A stretch of DNA of 64,000 nucleotides from an uncultured Elusimicrobia bacterium (GCA_964508565.1 CAZDUB010000005.1:9756-73755); one strand, 5' to 3'. Shown: positions 29,301-44,300, counted from the first letter of the stretch. Numbers and translations are program-made. The notes: generated from the letters alone by a model not told the origin.

Positions 29301-32300
29301 GCTGGAGAATCACAGTTTCTGCTTCTGGTTTAATTGAATATGTTTCACCTAAAATTGTTGTAAATCCAGGCGAACCAGTGAAACTGCTTGCAGTTGTACC
29401 TAATGAGATATATTTACCAGGTTCGCTAACTGGTAAAACAGGTACAGTGGTACCACAGCAAGCAGGAGTTCCATTTACAATAGCTGTATATATCACAGAT
29501 AGCCGTTGGAACCTTGTAACCTCAACAGCAGCGTTAATACAGGTTGAAACTGAAGATCCATATGATATTACTCCTTCTGCTAAATCTACAACAAACGGTA
29601 TGGCTACATTTGATATTGAGTTCAGACGAGGTGTTGGTGAGCAATATAGGATCATCGTTTCAACTGCAGCAGGCAACAATTTACAAAAATATGTGACTGT
29701 ACCAATCCAGTCAAATCCTGGTCCAGCAACAAAACTGCAAATATTAGTCCCAGGCGAAACAGCAGTGCCTGGTAAGTGGGATACTTATGGTAAAATTGGT
29801 ACACCGAATGTCTGGTATGCTGGAGCACTTTATCCAGTAGTTGTGAATGTAGTTGACAAATATTGGAACCCAGTACCTACTGTTAACACAACTGTTAAAC
29901 TTACTGCTACAGATCCATACTACGAACCACCTTCTGATGCACCAACTACAAACGGTACAGTTACAATTTATACCTCACTTGTGACTGCGACAACTGAAGG
30001 TTGGAAAATAACAGCTTCAACTGCACCAGCTGCTGCAAATCCGTACTTAACTTCTGACACATCGCCTAATATCAGAGTATTACCAGGTCGTGCTGTGAAA
30101 CTTTTAGTTTTAGCACCCGGTGAAAAACCACTACCAGGTTCACCAATAGGTAAACAAGGTACACCTGTTGTTCAAGTTGCAGGTTCGTCCTTCACAGTAA
30201 CAGTACATGCAACAGATAGCAGATGGAATATCGCAGAATCTTCACATGTAATAAGAGTTACAACGGACGACTTATACGACACAGAACCCTCAACACAAGC
30301 ACTTATTACGACAAATGAATATTTAAGCATTGCGACATTTACATTAACACTTATAACAGCAAATCGTGGGCCGCTTGATCCGCAAAATAGAAATACAACA
30401 ATTACAGCACACGATGTAACTGAAGGTATATCTGATACCGAAAGATTAACTTCAGGGAATACCATTGTTCCTGTTTCACCTCAAGCAGCACAGTATCTAA
30501 TATTGTTAGTCCCAGGGCACACACATAATCCTGGTAAACCACCATATTATCCTGAAGTTGGTGGTAAAGATGGTACACCGCAGACACTTACAGCAGGAGT
30601 TACTTATTATGTCACCGTTGCAGCTTGTGATTTATACTGGAACATAAATCCAGCTCACAACCCACTTGTGAAAGTTTGGACTTCTGACCCATACGATACA
30701 GACCCCACACCGCTGGGGCTTGAAAACGGAATGAAACAATTCCCGATAAACTTAAGAAGGGCAACATTATATCAAGGTTTACAAGAATCTTTGACTATTT
30801 ATGCAATACACAATGCTGACCCACAACAATACGCAGCTGCACAGGTTGGTGGTATACAGGTTTCGCCAGAGCCTACAGCGATACAACTTTTAGTCCTTGT
30901 ACCTGATCAACAACACGAACCAGGTTCAGTTTTGGGCCGTACCGGGCCCGTATCACAACAGGTTGCAGGTGTTGGATTTGATGTAAGAGTATATTGTGTT
31001 GACAGGTTTAACAACATTGTACCTATAGCACAACCCGGTGTAACACTTACATCTTCTGACCCCAACGACGGTGTTGGTGCTGAAACAGGTATTGGCTGGG
31101 ATCCAACTTATCAACCATTACTTAATGGAACAACTGTATTTAGAGTTACACTTGTGACAGCTTCAACCTGGCATTATCTTACTGCTGAAGATACTGATGG
31201 TAATCCACCATATTATGGAAGAAGAGATTCGTCTTTAATATATGTAAATCCGGGACCCGCAGTTAAGCTACAATGCTTACTACCAGGTGAAACACCAAGA
31301 CCTAATACTACAAGAGGTAAAGAGGGCACACCTCTTACCCAAGTTGCAGGTCAACCGTTTAATGTGACAGTCAAAATCACAGATATACTCTGGAACTTAG
31401 TACCTTCAGCAGGTGCAAATGTTAAACTTATAACGCCTTATGACGACTATGATGATGAACCCACACAGTCAACAGTGAATGGTGAAGCAGTAATTGAAAA
31501 AGTTATTTATACTGCATCACAAGAGAGGAATGATACAAATCCACCATATTGGGAACCTTATAAATACCATATAATTATAGCAACAGATACTGGTGGATTG
31601 TACTTAACAAATGTTTCTTCAACATTTACTGTTACTTCTTCAACATTTACAAGGTTACATGTGATACTGCCTGGTGAGAAATATGTGCCTGGTAAACCAC
31701 CATATTATGGTAGCGGCGGTAAAGAAGGAACACCAGTTGTACAAACAGCAGGTGTACCTATCTCTGGTGGGACAATTATCAGGTCAGGTACTACAATTTA
31801 CTTCAATGTAGCTGTCTTTGCAGTTGATAATTACTACAACTTAGTATATTCAGGACAACTTGTTTCTATACAAACAACAGATCCTTATGATTCACATCCG
31901 TCCCCACAAGCGCTGAATTTAGGTTATGTAAACTTTGCAAATGTTGCAATGGTGACATCTTCAAGTTGGACTATAAAAGCATCTGCTTCTGGTGTGTCAG
32001 ATGGTATATCCTCTCCTGTGTTCATTAGACCTAATGTTCCATCAAGGTTAGCTATTTATGCACCAGGTGAGATACCAACTCCTGGTTATACTGCAGGTAG
32101 AGGTAGAACAGGCACTCCTATCCCACAAACAGCAGGCTTAACATTTGGTTGTACAGTTTATGTCTGCGATGCGTATTATAACCCAACATCTTCAGAACCA
32201 GTTGTTACATTAAAAGTTGATGATTGGGATATAGATAATCAGGTTTATAGAATCATAAGGACACAACAACTTATTCAAGGTACTACTGTATTCTTTATAA

Positions 32301-35300
32301 AGTTAGCAGCAGCAAAGATTTCTGTGGCTTCTGTTACAGCAAGCGGTTTAGCAATGGATTATACTGGTGGTATACAAGTAAATCCTTCTACACCTTATAG
32401 GTTATTAATACTACCTCCTGGTGTAACAGCAGAGCCTGGAAAACCACCATATGTTTCTTCAGAGACAGTTACAATGGGTGGTATAAACGGAACGCCATTA
32501 GCACAAACAGCAGGTGTCCCATTCAACATTACAGTTCGTGCGGTTGACCAATGGTGGAACAAAACTTCAGCACAGCCAATAGTAACACTTGAATCAAACG
32601 ACCCATGGGATTATCCTACACAACAACAGGTTCAACTTGTAAACGGTGAGTATACTTTAAGTTGGACACTTGTTACAAGAAATGATACTGGTTGGTATAT
32701 AAGAACAGCGAACTCTGTTTCACCAACACTTGTATCTTACAGAACTGCAAATATACCTGTAGTTTCTAACACAGCAACTTCACTTAAGATTTATCTACCA
32801 GGAGAGTATCCAGAATGGGGTGAAACTTCAAGTAATCCTTCAGCAACAGTACCTTATGGGATATCTGGTATACCGCAAGACTGGACCGCAGGTGTACCAA
32901 GACAAGTTGTAGTTGCAGCGGTTGACAACTGGAACAACAGAAACGATAGCGATGTTTCGCCGGTGAAACTCACACCAACAGATCCGTTTGTTTCAGCACA
33001 GACATATGGATTAACTAATGGTTCTGCAACATTCACATTTACATTAGTTACAGCAGGCACACATACATTTGTTGCAGAAGACCAAGAAGCCCCGCTGCTT
33101 AATTCTTATTGTTCTTCAGTATTTACAGTAAAAGTTTCAACCTGGGGTAAACAGCTACATATAACCTTACCAGGTGAAACATATGTCCCAGGTCGTCCAC
33201 CATATGATGTTGATGAACAAAACAGGATTGGTGGTAGTGGGGGTAAAACAGGTACGCCATTAGTACAGACAGCTGGTGTACCATTTGTGGTAACAGTTCG
33301 TGCAGTAGACTCATTCTATAACTTGCTTACTGATGAAGTTTCGCTCGTAAGAGTAACACCTTCAATTTCAAACTACGCAGCTGACATTGGCCAGCCTTAT
33401 GAAGGATACATAGTTGAACCGCAAGAACAATCATTAGTTGGTGGTGTTTCAACATTTACAGTAACACTGCTTACTGCACACTCAACATGGACACTTACAG
33501 CAGAAGATGTAGATGCAACTCCTACACTTGCAAAAGGTCGTGCAAAGGTTTATGTCAAACCTAACAATCCAGTGAAACTTCAAGTGATTGTACCTGACGA
33601 GGTTGAAAATCCAGGTTCATCTTTTGGTAGAATAGGTTCAGTTAGAACACAAACTGCAGGTGTTGGATTTACAATAAAGGTGAACCTCTGTGACCAATAT
33701 TGGAACCGTGTAAAAGAAGGTTCAATGCCACTTGTTTCTATCTGGAGTTCTGACCCGTATGATGTGCATCCAACAGCGTTAACACTTGTAAATGGTCAAA
33801 GGTTGTTTAATGTAACACTTGTAACTGCTTCTTCAGTAACAATTACTGCGTCTGGTGGTGGATATACTATCGGAGTTTCTTCACCTATACCTGTCATACC
33901 AAATGTTCCAGCAAAACTCCTTGTTGTTGTACCACCACAACAACAGGTTAATGGTAAAAATAACTCACCTGAAGGTAGAACAAATGTTGCTGTATCTACA
34001 CAGACAGCAGGTGTACCGTTCCAGGTGCAAATCTATGCAGTTGATAACTACTACAACTTTGTCTCAACTGTAAACCAAACAATTACAGTTACAACTTCTG
34101 ACGATTACGATACAGATCCTGGCAATGTCACAATGGTAAACGGTGTTACTACTGCTACAATTGATTTTAGAACCGCAAAACCACAAACAATAACGGCAGT
34201 GGATAATGATCCTAACAGTCCAAACTTACAATCTCATACTTCATCTTTGATACCTGTACAACCCAATGTCCCAAAGAAGTTACATATTTGTGCAGCTGGT
34301 GAGGTTTATGATCCGGGCAGGCCTCCATATATACCTGGTTCAGCTGTTGGTGGCAAACAAGGGACACCGTCAAACCAAACAGCAGGTACTTCGTTTAATG
34401 TTGTAGTAAGAATTACGGATGATTATTGGAACTTAACTTCTGTTTTACCTTCAGGAGTAACTGTACAGATTAACACAAACGATATTTATTCGCCATCTAA
34501 TAATACACAATTTGTATTGTATTCTTCAGCTGTAATTTCTGTAACTTTAGTCTCAGCATCTTCATCTACTGCTGATAAAGTTATTTATGTTGAAGATATT
34601 GACGGTGTTGACCCAACATTATCTTTAGGTAGGACACAAAACATATTTGTAGGGCCTGGAACACCAACAAAACTATTGCTTGTCTTACCAGGACAGACAC
34701 TTGTAGGTGGCCATCCAAGAGGTAAAATTGGTACACCACAAGTTATAACAGCAGGGCAACAGTTTACAGTGACAACAGCTATAACAGATGCTTACTTTAA
34801 CCCTGTACCTGGTGTCTCTGTAACATTACAAGCTGACTCACCACTTGACAACTATGATTCAGAACCTTCACCTAAAAATGTAGACACTGTTACAGGTAGA
34901 CAATACTTTGATTTCACACTTGTTACAGCAGCAACACATTACTTAAGAGTACGCGATGTTGACGGTGTACCCCCACTTTATCAAGAGTATCCAGCAAATC
35001 CTTTAGATCTTGTTGTTTCCACATTTACAGTAAAACCAGCAAATGCTGTAAAACTTCAACTTATATTACCTGGTGAAACACCAGTTGCTGGTAAATACAA
35101 TGTTGCACCTTATGGTAAGACAGGATATCCTACAAACCATGTTGCAGGTGAGTTGTGGTATGCAACAGTTAGGTTAGTAGATGCTTATTATAACTTAGTA
35201 ACAGATGTTTCACCACAACCTCAAGTTGCAGTACGCACAGCTGACCCGTTTGATATAGAACCATCTACAGAACCATTGACTTCAGGTCAAGGTGTATTCC

Positions 35301-38300
35301 CAATCGTGTTAAGGACAGCAGCAACCTGGCACTACTTAGTTGCTGAAGATGTGGACGGTATTGACCCACAATATCAGTCAGATGCTTCACCAATGTTTAC
35401 AGTAGAACCTTCAACACCTACAAGGTTATTAGTACTTGTACCAAATGAGACATTTGTCCAAGGTTCACCTTATGGCAAGACCGGTACAATTCAAGATTAT
35501 GTCGCAGGACAAAGTTTTGTTGCGACAGTTTATCTTGTAGATGAATACAACAACCGTGTACGCAGTGGCTGGCCAATGCCAAATGTTGGCATTACAACTT
35601 GGGACCCAAAAGATTCTGAGCCATCTCCAAAGATATTAATTGATGGTGCAAACAACTTTACCTTAACACCACTACATGCATCTTCATCTTGGACATTAAC
35701 AGCATGGGATGTTGACGGACAAGAACCCTATTATCAACCAGGTACCTCTTCATTTATCCGTGTATGGCCTAATGTTGTGCATCATATGCATATTGTTGAT
35801 TATCCAACTACAGTAGTAGCTGGGACTGGTTTCTCAGCAAAGGTTGTTTTGTATGATCAATATGAAAACATCGTCTCAACAGGTATAAATTGGGGGAATT
35901 ATGCAAACGCTGGTTATAAAGTAAAATTTGACGGTGAATACTTCACACCGCCACAAACGCCAGAACTGCCAAGTGAATATGATTGGGTTGTATCTGATTA
36001 TGGACAGAGAACATTTAGTGGTATAGTATTAAAGAAAGCAGGACCGAGATGGATTAAAACATATCAAACAAATCCGCTAAATACAACTATATCTTCAGAA
36101 CGGCCTTGTGATCCTAACCCAAACCGTACAGGTGAAGAAGGAGAACACGGATCATTGTATACATACATTAATGTGCAACCAGGACCTCCTGCAAGCTTCT
36201 TTGTAGTTGAGTCTACAGCAACAGCCGGAACTGAGTTTTACGCATACGAAGTTAAAGTGCCTGCAGGAACGAGGTCTGACTGGGGGAAAATTCAGGTAAT
36301 AGCATATCTCTCAGATGCTTACGCTAATATTGTACCATCAAGTGGTGTCCCGGTACAGATAGAATTAATAGAAGTTGTAGGTTCAAGTGGAGTTGTTTCT
36401 TACACTTCGCCGGCTTCTGATTCTACCCTACCTGAACCTGTTTACTATGCGATAACAGATTCTTCAGGTGTTGTTGGTCTTAACCCACCATTGTATTACT
36501 ATATGTCACATAAACTTGGTGATTCAGCGAAAGTGAAGTTCTCAACTGGAACAATTGTTGGTACAACAAGAAAAATAACTACCATTGGTGGAACACCATA
36601 TAGATTAGTAGCATTGAACCCACCGACAGAACTTACAGCAGGTAACGAAACTCCATATATTGTTATCCAAAGAAGAGACGAATTTGATAACCCAACCTAT
36701 CAAGGTGACACCTGGGCACAACTTGTTACAAATTCGCTTGCAAAACAACAACAGCCACAAAGACAGTGGGATTTCCGCAGTGCATCTGGTGCTGATAATA
36801 CACTTGGACCTGATTATGTAATATGGTTCTACAACTCAATTAAATCAACTTCAGTTGCAATAATTTACTACGATGAGATGTCTTCAATACCTGAAGGTGA
36901 AGATGGTAGACCTTCCTCAGGTAAGTGGACCATACAAGCTCAAGCTTTTGGGAATGACCCTGCACGATGGGCAACATTTGACTTGTTAGTAAAACCCGAT
37001 GAGATTGTAAAAGCAGCGTTTGACAATCCACAAAGAAAACTAACCGCTGGTTCACCTAAAGAATATACAGCAATAGGACCCGGTCCTAATGCTTTAGAGT
37101 TTGAAGTTGAACTACAAGATAGGTGGAACAACCCTGTCCGGACAACATATACAGTGACTGTATTACTATCTTCTGTGCGTCAACCATCAAGGTTTAACGA
37201 TTCGTATTCATTCTCGTTATCAAGTCGTGTAGTTGGTGGTCCAGCATACGGCACACCGCCTTTATTTGAAATACCAATTACTTCTTTCACAATAAATGCT
37301 GGAGAGTATTACAAACAGTTCTACTACCTTGATACAAACGCTTCAGAAAACTACGGAATTGCTCCAACTACACACCCTGTTATTGTTGCTACGCCTTTAG
37401 GACAAAAAGGTGATGGTACACCTTGGGTTGCAGCTCAACAATCGGTTTTGATTATGTCGGACAGAATCCGTCGTATTGGTATTTACGGAAAATATTCTAT
37501 ACCGCCAGATACTACATATTTACAAACACTTACAGCAGGTGTAACTTCACAAGCATTTATGCTTGCTACAGAGGACTTCTATGGCAACATTGCACCGATA
37601 CTTGAAGCAGACCTTTCAGGTGATAATCCAAGAAGAATAAGAATAGTTTCCACATCTACTGGTACTGTACAGTTTGCAGTAGGTTCAACTACTACATGGA
37701 CTATAGGCGAAGGTGTAGCATACTTTAAATTAGGCGACAGAACCACAACCTTCTATCTCATAGACACACTTGCTACTGTCCGCTATGGTAGATATGATAC
37801 CACTCATACACTATATGCAGATACTGTTGTAAATCCCGGTATGTGGACAATAGGAACTAGACCTTATAGAGTACTCCCTAACATAGCACACCATCTTGTA
37901 GTGACCACACCACCAAGACGGCTTATTGCTGGCACCACCATACAATTTGACGCTACAGCTTCCGACACATCCACAACTACAGTTTCAGCAAAAGGTGGCC
38001 CAATGGTTATTACAAAGAACGGTCAGCCGACATTTACGGGAATAACCGTACAGATAAGAGACGAATTTGAAAATGTTACAATTTCTACAGAAAACATAGT
38101 ACTATTAGCTGAAGTTTTAGACTCCCCACAAGCGTATGGTTCAATAGACCCAACACAAGATTTGGACAGTGCTGGTTGGACGCTTATGACAGGTGGTGGG
38201 AATATGTTGAATATGTTGTTACCTGCTGGTAATGAGAGCATTACATTTTACTATTTTGATACTGTTACTGGAAGCCATACAGTAAAAGTGTCTGGGAAAA

Positions 38301-41300
38301 CCGCATCTGGTAGAGACATATTACCGCTTTATCAACAACACTACATAACACCAGCTCCAATACAATACTTTACTATCCATCATCCTTTCACACTTTCAAA
38401 TCCGCTTCGTGTACACGAACCAGGCTTACTTACAGTTAAAGCAAGAGATAGGTATGGTAATGTTGCCTCAGGCGATTCTATCAATGGTCAGTGGTATACA
38501 GGTACAATTGTATTTTCACATTCAGGAAATCCTGAAAAAGTCACATTAAAAGATGCATTGAATCTAACTACATATTATACATTTGTGAAAGAAGATGCTG
38601 GAGTATATAACAGATTGCAAATTATTGACCAGATACAGGAAACACTTAAAGTGTTCGTTACTGATTATGCAACAATACAATTGCCAGATGAAGAGCCTAA
38701 CAAGATATATGGGTTTACAGGTGATACATTTAGAGAAGTACCTGTACATTCTGACGGCGATGTTATAACCTGTGGTATAGTGGTAGAACCAGCAGATCTT
38801 GCACCGGTACCTTATGGTGATGATGACAATCCAGAGACTACCTGCGATGATAGTTATGATAAAAAACAAGAATTGCTTGAAGGTACTATCTATCAAGGTA
38901 AGACAGCACTATTTCAAGGAGATGGAAACACCTATGAAAAACCGGCAGCTGTACCTATGTTGCGTTTAAACTTAAGAGTACTACCACCTACCGTAGCAGA
39001 AACAGCAACATGGACACAACTAAGAGTAGATAAAAAAGGTACTGCTTTACCACAGGATGTATGGATTGGATTGTACTACGATGCTAACGGGGACGGTAAA
39101 TTCCAGGGCGAGACAGTACTAGGTGGTACATCACCTGACCCGTTAGTAGCCGTGGGCGAATACGATTCTATATCAAATGCTTGGTTGTTCAAGAATATGT
39201 CGGAGTTCATTTCTGTGGTTTCAAAAAACTACTTCTTATGTGTACGAATCTCTACCGTAGCACAGCCGGGCACATATCTCGGATTAGAAATAAACAATCA
39301 CAACTATCTAACAATGGTAGGTGTGGCTCGTGTAGCAGCAAACAACTTTAGCATATTTACAGACACCTCTGCTATAAAGAGAGAAGAGGCAAAAGTAGTT
39401 TGTGTTGCAGAAGACATTGCTGCTTCGGTTGAGACAACGAGGTCTACAACTGTTTATCAAGGTCAACCTAACGCTGGTATGCTAAGAATAAAGATATGGA
39501 CAAAAGGTTATACTGCATATCTTAACGGATTTAAAATTACACGAACAGGAAGTGGCTACGATAGTGATATAAAAGGTGTTGCATTGTTTATAGATGATAA
39601 CGGTACAGGGGACCCATCTCAAGGTGATGGTATATTCCAACCAGCGTTAGACCGTCGTGTATCTGATTGGGTGAGTTTCTCCACAAGAGCAGCTTTAGTG
39701 TATCTAACTACTACACAAGAGATTTCTCCTTCAACAATTACATATTTTGTTTCATACAAAATTGCTGATTCAGCTTATATAGGTAAGACACACGGAGCTG
39801 CTATAGTTGATGCAGCAGATATAAGATTAGGAGAAGGCGTTGTTTTACCAATACCAGGTTACAATTCTTCTTTAGTAACAGTAATCCCAACTTCAGATGA
39901 AATGAATCTCGTTGATTATAATAAGACACAACCCAACAACTTCTCAATACCTGGTGCTGCAACACAAGGTGATAAAGATGTAGTAGTTGCAAGATTGACG
40001 CTGCAGACATTACAGCGTACAGCAATATGGACAGGATTAAAACTTGACAGATACAATCCAAACAAAGTAAACCAGCCAGAAGATATAGAAAACATAAAAG
40101 TTTACTACGATACTAATGGGAATGGTTTGTTTGACAAAGACATTGACCAACTTGTATCTCCAACTGACAGAAAATATACCTTCCCAGTAACAAAGCTTAA
40201 AGTAGATGTATCGTCCACAGCATCTACTATTTATGTAGAAGATGTATCAAAACTTGTACTATCACCAACAATTGATTTCTCACCATTCCCAGAAACTCCT
40301 GGAAGAGTGGTATTATCTGATGGCTCTGAGAATTTAGAAGTTGTATACTTTAGCGGTGTAGACAGACAACAGAATGCTCTTACAGGATGTCTAAGAGGAC
40401 AAGAAGGTACGCAAGCTCGTTATCATCCAGCGGGCTCAAAAGTTTCAGGTCAGGCAGTGTTGTGGATACTTGGTAACTTCTATGACTTAGGATCTTACAG
40501 AGTAGGACAAGAGATTTTATCTGAATATCCAAAAGATTACTTTATAACCGTTGATATAAGTTATCTTGCAAAAGTACACGAAGCGTCCCAGTTAGGTATA
40601 TCAATAAGGTCTACTGATTATTTCAAAGTAGTAGAACCTGACTTTGTCGCAAACAGGTTTGGTATAATAGGTCCGAAACCGCAAGGTAAATCAGAGTCCG
40701 GTATAGGTTCTATAATGGAATATCCTGATAAAGTTACATTCAAGTTTGTAGATATATCTACAGAAGTTGTAGCTTATCTACAACAGGGAAAAACAAATGT
40801 ACCAGTTGCCGCAGTAGTAGTCTACACAGATCAATCAGAAGCTTGGTGGCAACAACTTAATGTATGCGGAATAGGTACAGCAACAGATAACAACTTATTA
40901 ACTGACGAAATAAAATATGTTAAGATTTGGTATGATGTAAATAATAATGGTTATTTAAACACGGATACAGATATATGTATAGCAACAGCCACATTCGGCA
41001 ATGTAGGAAAACCACTACTATCGCAGTTTGTCTTCCCTGTTGCTCCAAAAATAGTAACACAACAAAGAGCACAATCTGAACGTATATCTCAGAGATACTT
41101 CATAGCAGTTGACATTGAAGAAAACGCATATCCAGAACAAACATTTGGAGTTGCTATAACAACAGTTACAGATATTACAGTATCATTGCCAAACTATGTA
41201 GACACTTCTTCATCAACTATACCATTTGAGACAGTACTAAGAACAATAATACCTTCTCCAAGAATGGTCACAGTAGATGCGCAACCACTCTGGCTTGATA

Positions 41301-44300
41301 AAAATGGCAATGTTATTACTCAACCAATAAAATTAGCAGCACCTATTACAAATGAGGATACAGCAATCCCACTCAATATCTCAGCAGTTGACTATAACTT
41401 GCCGGAATCAGGGTATGTAGTAATGGATAATGAAATAGTTATATATTCAACAATATCTTACCAAGGTTTATTAGGAGTGTCTCGTGGAGTAGAGGGATCA
41501 TTTGTTGGTAGTCACTCTTCAGGTAGCCTTGTAGGATTCTCTGTAGTACAAGGACAGAAAAATGTTCCAATGTTGAAGTTAGTAATGTACTGTAGTGGAT
41601 TCCAAGTACAGCTACCATCTATTAAGTTTGTAAGGACACAACCATCTCCACTTAATGGTGATGATGCAGATATTGCAGCAATTAAAGTCTGGAGAGACAA
41701 TGGAGATGGTGTACTTAATAGAGATCCACAAACCGGTTTCATTTCAGTCGATGTAGAAACATTAGTAGGGCAAGCTAAATTTGGACAATCACCAGACCCA
41801 ACCGCTTCTGCTACTGTTTTACTTAACGATCCGCAATACAATCGTGGTTATGTATTAATAACTACAACACCTACAATTTACTGGGTAACAGTAGATATAT
41901 CACCATCTGCTAAATTTACACATCCACAGATTTCTAACTTAAACGAAGTGTTTGGTATGAATATTCCATTACCTACAAACTTCAACTTAGCGCCTAAAGA
42001 AGCGGGCCACTGGATATCAACATCAACTTCATTAGGTACACCTTCATTCCCAATACAGACACCTGTTCATGCGATAGTCCCCACAGTAGATACATTGATT
42101 GTAGAAGGAGAAGGAATACTTCCTCCTGGAGTTTACCAGAACCAGAAGAATGTAGGAGTATTAAGATTAAACTTCAAAGCAAATAAGAATTCAGTCACAA
42201 TCAAAAAAATCAAAGTAAAAATGGATGGGACAGCTGTGGATGGGGATATAGCATTAGTTAAGGTTTGGAAGGATCTAAACAATAATGGTATATTTGATGT
42301 TGAAGATACTACTAGAACAGCTAAAGGAGAATATCCGGGGCTGATATCTTTTGGTACAGATAGACTCTCAGACAAAGTTGTAGATATAGAGTTAAAAACA
42401 CCTCAAGTTGTAGACGATTCTCCTACAGGCACAAACTTGTTTATAACATTTGACATTGCAGAGTTTGCAAGATTATTCGCAAAATTCTCTGTTTCAATAG
42501 AAGATGAAAGCTATATTACAGTAGAAGTACCAGATAATGTAGAATTCAAAGTTAAACCGATTGTTTCTGGAGAATCAACAATATATGAAGCACCATCACA
42601 AGTTATAGCTCGTGTATATGATTATGCAAAGGATATAGCCAATCAAGGTGGAACATATCAAGCAGAGAAAAATGTGCCTGTATTAAGAATCAAGATGAGA
42701 ACAGATGTATCACAAGCATACTGGACAAGAATAAGATTAGAAAAAACAGGTTCTTCTTCTGATCCGTCTTTACCTTATGGTAAAAATACAGATGTAGGCT
42801 ATATTAAGATATACAAAGATGTAAACTTCAATGACCAACTTGATTCTGCTGATACATTGTTAAACGAAATACAAACAGAACTTGTAGTTGATATATCTTC
42901 AGTTACAAATCCACCATTCTTGATGGTTATAAAGTCTTCTGTGTCATCAGTAGGTATATTCCCACAAAATCAGCCACAGCTATGGGTAAAAGTAAACGAT
43001 GAAATATTTGAATACACAAAAATAACCACAACCACAATAGATTCGGTAGAATATCCAGCACTTTATATTACAAAGAGAGCACATTTAGGCACATATGCTG
43101 CTTACCACTCTTCAGGAAGTATTGTAAGAAAATGTGATATGTATTACTTAAACGACGATCTTAACAGACAAAAAGAAGTTACACTAATTCAACCGCAACT
43201 TATTTCACCAACGCCACAAACATACTTTATCGCTTACGATATAGGTGAAAATGCTATATCTGGGAACGCTGTTGGTGTAAAGATTATTGGTAAAGAAGCA
43301 ATAACCATAGAATATCCTAACGAAGCGTCTCCTATGGTAGAAATTGAGCAAGATTTCAATGGTACAACCGTAGAAAATGCTTTTTATCCTTATGAAACAT
43401 CACTAATAAGAATAAATCCTATAAATGTATACATTACAGCAGAATCAGTTGCTCCTGTACAAGTACCTCAAAGAACAAAGAATGTACCACTTATGATGGT
43501 ATCTATTAATACCGATAGAAACTACATAACAGTAAAGAAAATAAATATTACCCAAACAGGAACAGTTCAAACTCAAGGAGCAATTGGTGGTTATGGCCAG
43601 GGTGATTTATCAGCAGTTTCTCTATGGTTAGACAATGGAGATGGTTTCTTCTCACCAGTGCTTGATATGTTTATTACTTCTGTTACACATCCTACTGTTA
43701 ACTTTAGTGGAGGAGCAGCAAGGTTTACTTTGCCGGATAAAGGGTTGTATATATCCACATCACCTGTGAGATTATTTATAGTAGGTGATATAGGCAAAAC
43801 AGACCTTGCAGGTACCTCAACTAAAGACCACTATGTTGGAGTAGAGATAACTTCATTTAAGTCATTAGAAATAATACCTAATACTGTAGAATCAGTAATT
43901 ACAAACAAATTCCCATTGAGGTCGTCTTTAGTTTTGATTCTTGACGAATATGCACCAAGGGTAATGCCAAGATGGGTTGTCCTTGCGGAAAAGAAAGTAT
44001 GGGTAAATCCATTTGGAGACGGATATCCAGCAATTGATGTAGACGGCGATGGAAAACCTGACCGAGTTAATAGAGACGGAGAAGTGTTTATAGACATTGA
44101 TGGAGACGATGTAAACGACCTTGAAGATTTAGATGGAGATGGCCGCAAAAACGATATTGATTTAGTTGGTGATGGTAAACCTGCAATAGATATGACAGGC
44201 GATGGATTGTTAGATGTTGATTTAAATTGTGATGGCAAACCTGACTCAATAGTACCGGATGTTAATGGCGATGGAATCCCAGAAGTTGATTTAAATAGAG

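Noticed and set aside
29263-29679. Antisense ORFs inside the giant gene (for example 29263-29679, 138 aa; 43831-44238, 135 aa; 25750-26094, 114 aa; 9768-10130, 120 aa; 41512-41841, 109 aa)
   Set aside because: They lie opposite a strongly supported coding frame. They have low-complexity or odd composition; for example the S/P-rich product at 43831-44238 mirrors the Asp-rich sense codons. They have no RBS. Such ORFs are expected from the biased codon composition of the sense strand.
23735-35770. A conserved Cys before D.YWN in type-B modules as a disulfide, thioester or catalytic residue
   Set aside because: Cys is present in only 11 of 32 modules and is replaced by Val or Thr in the others. 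There is no partner Cys. This behaves like a buried beta-strand core position.
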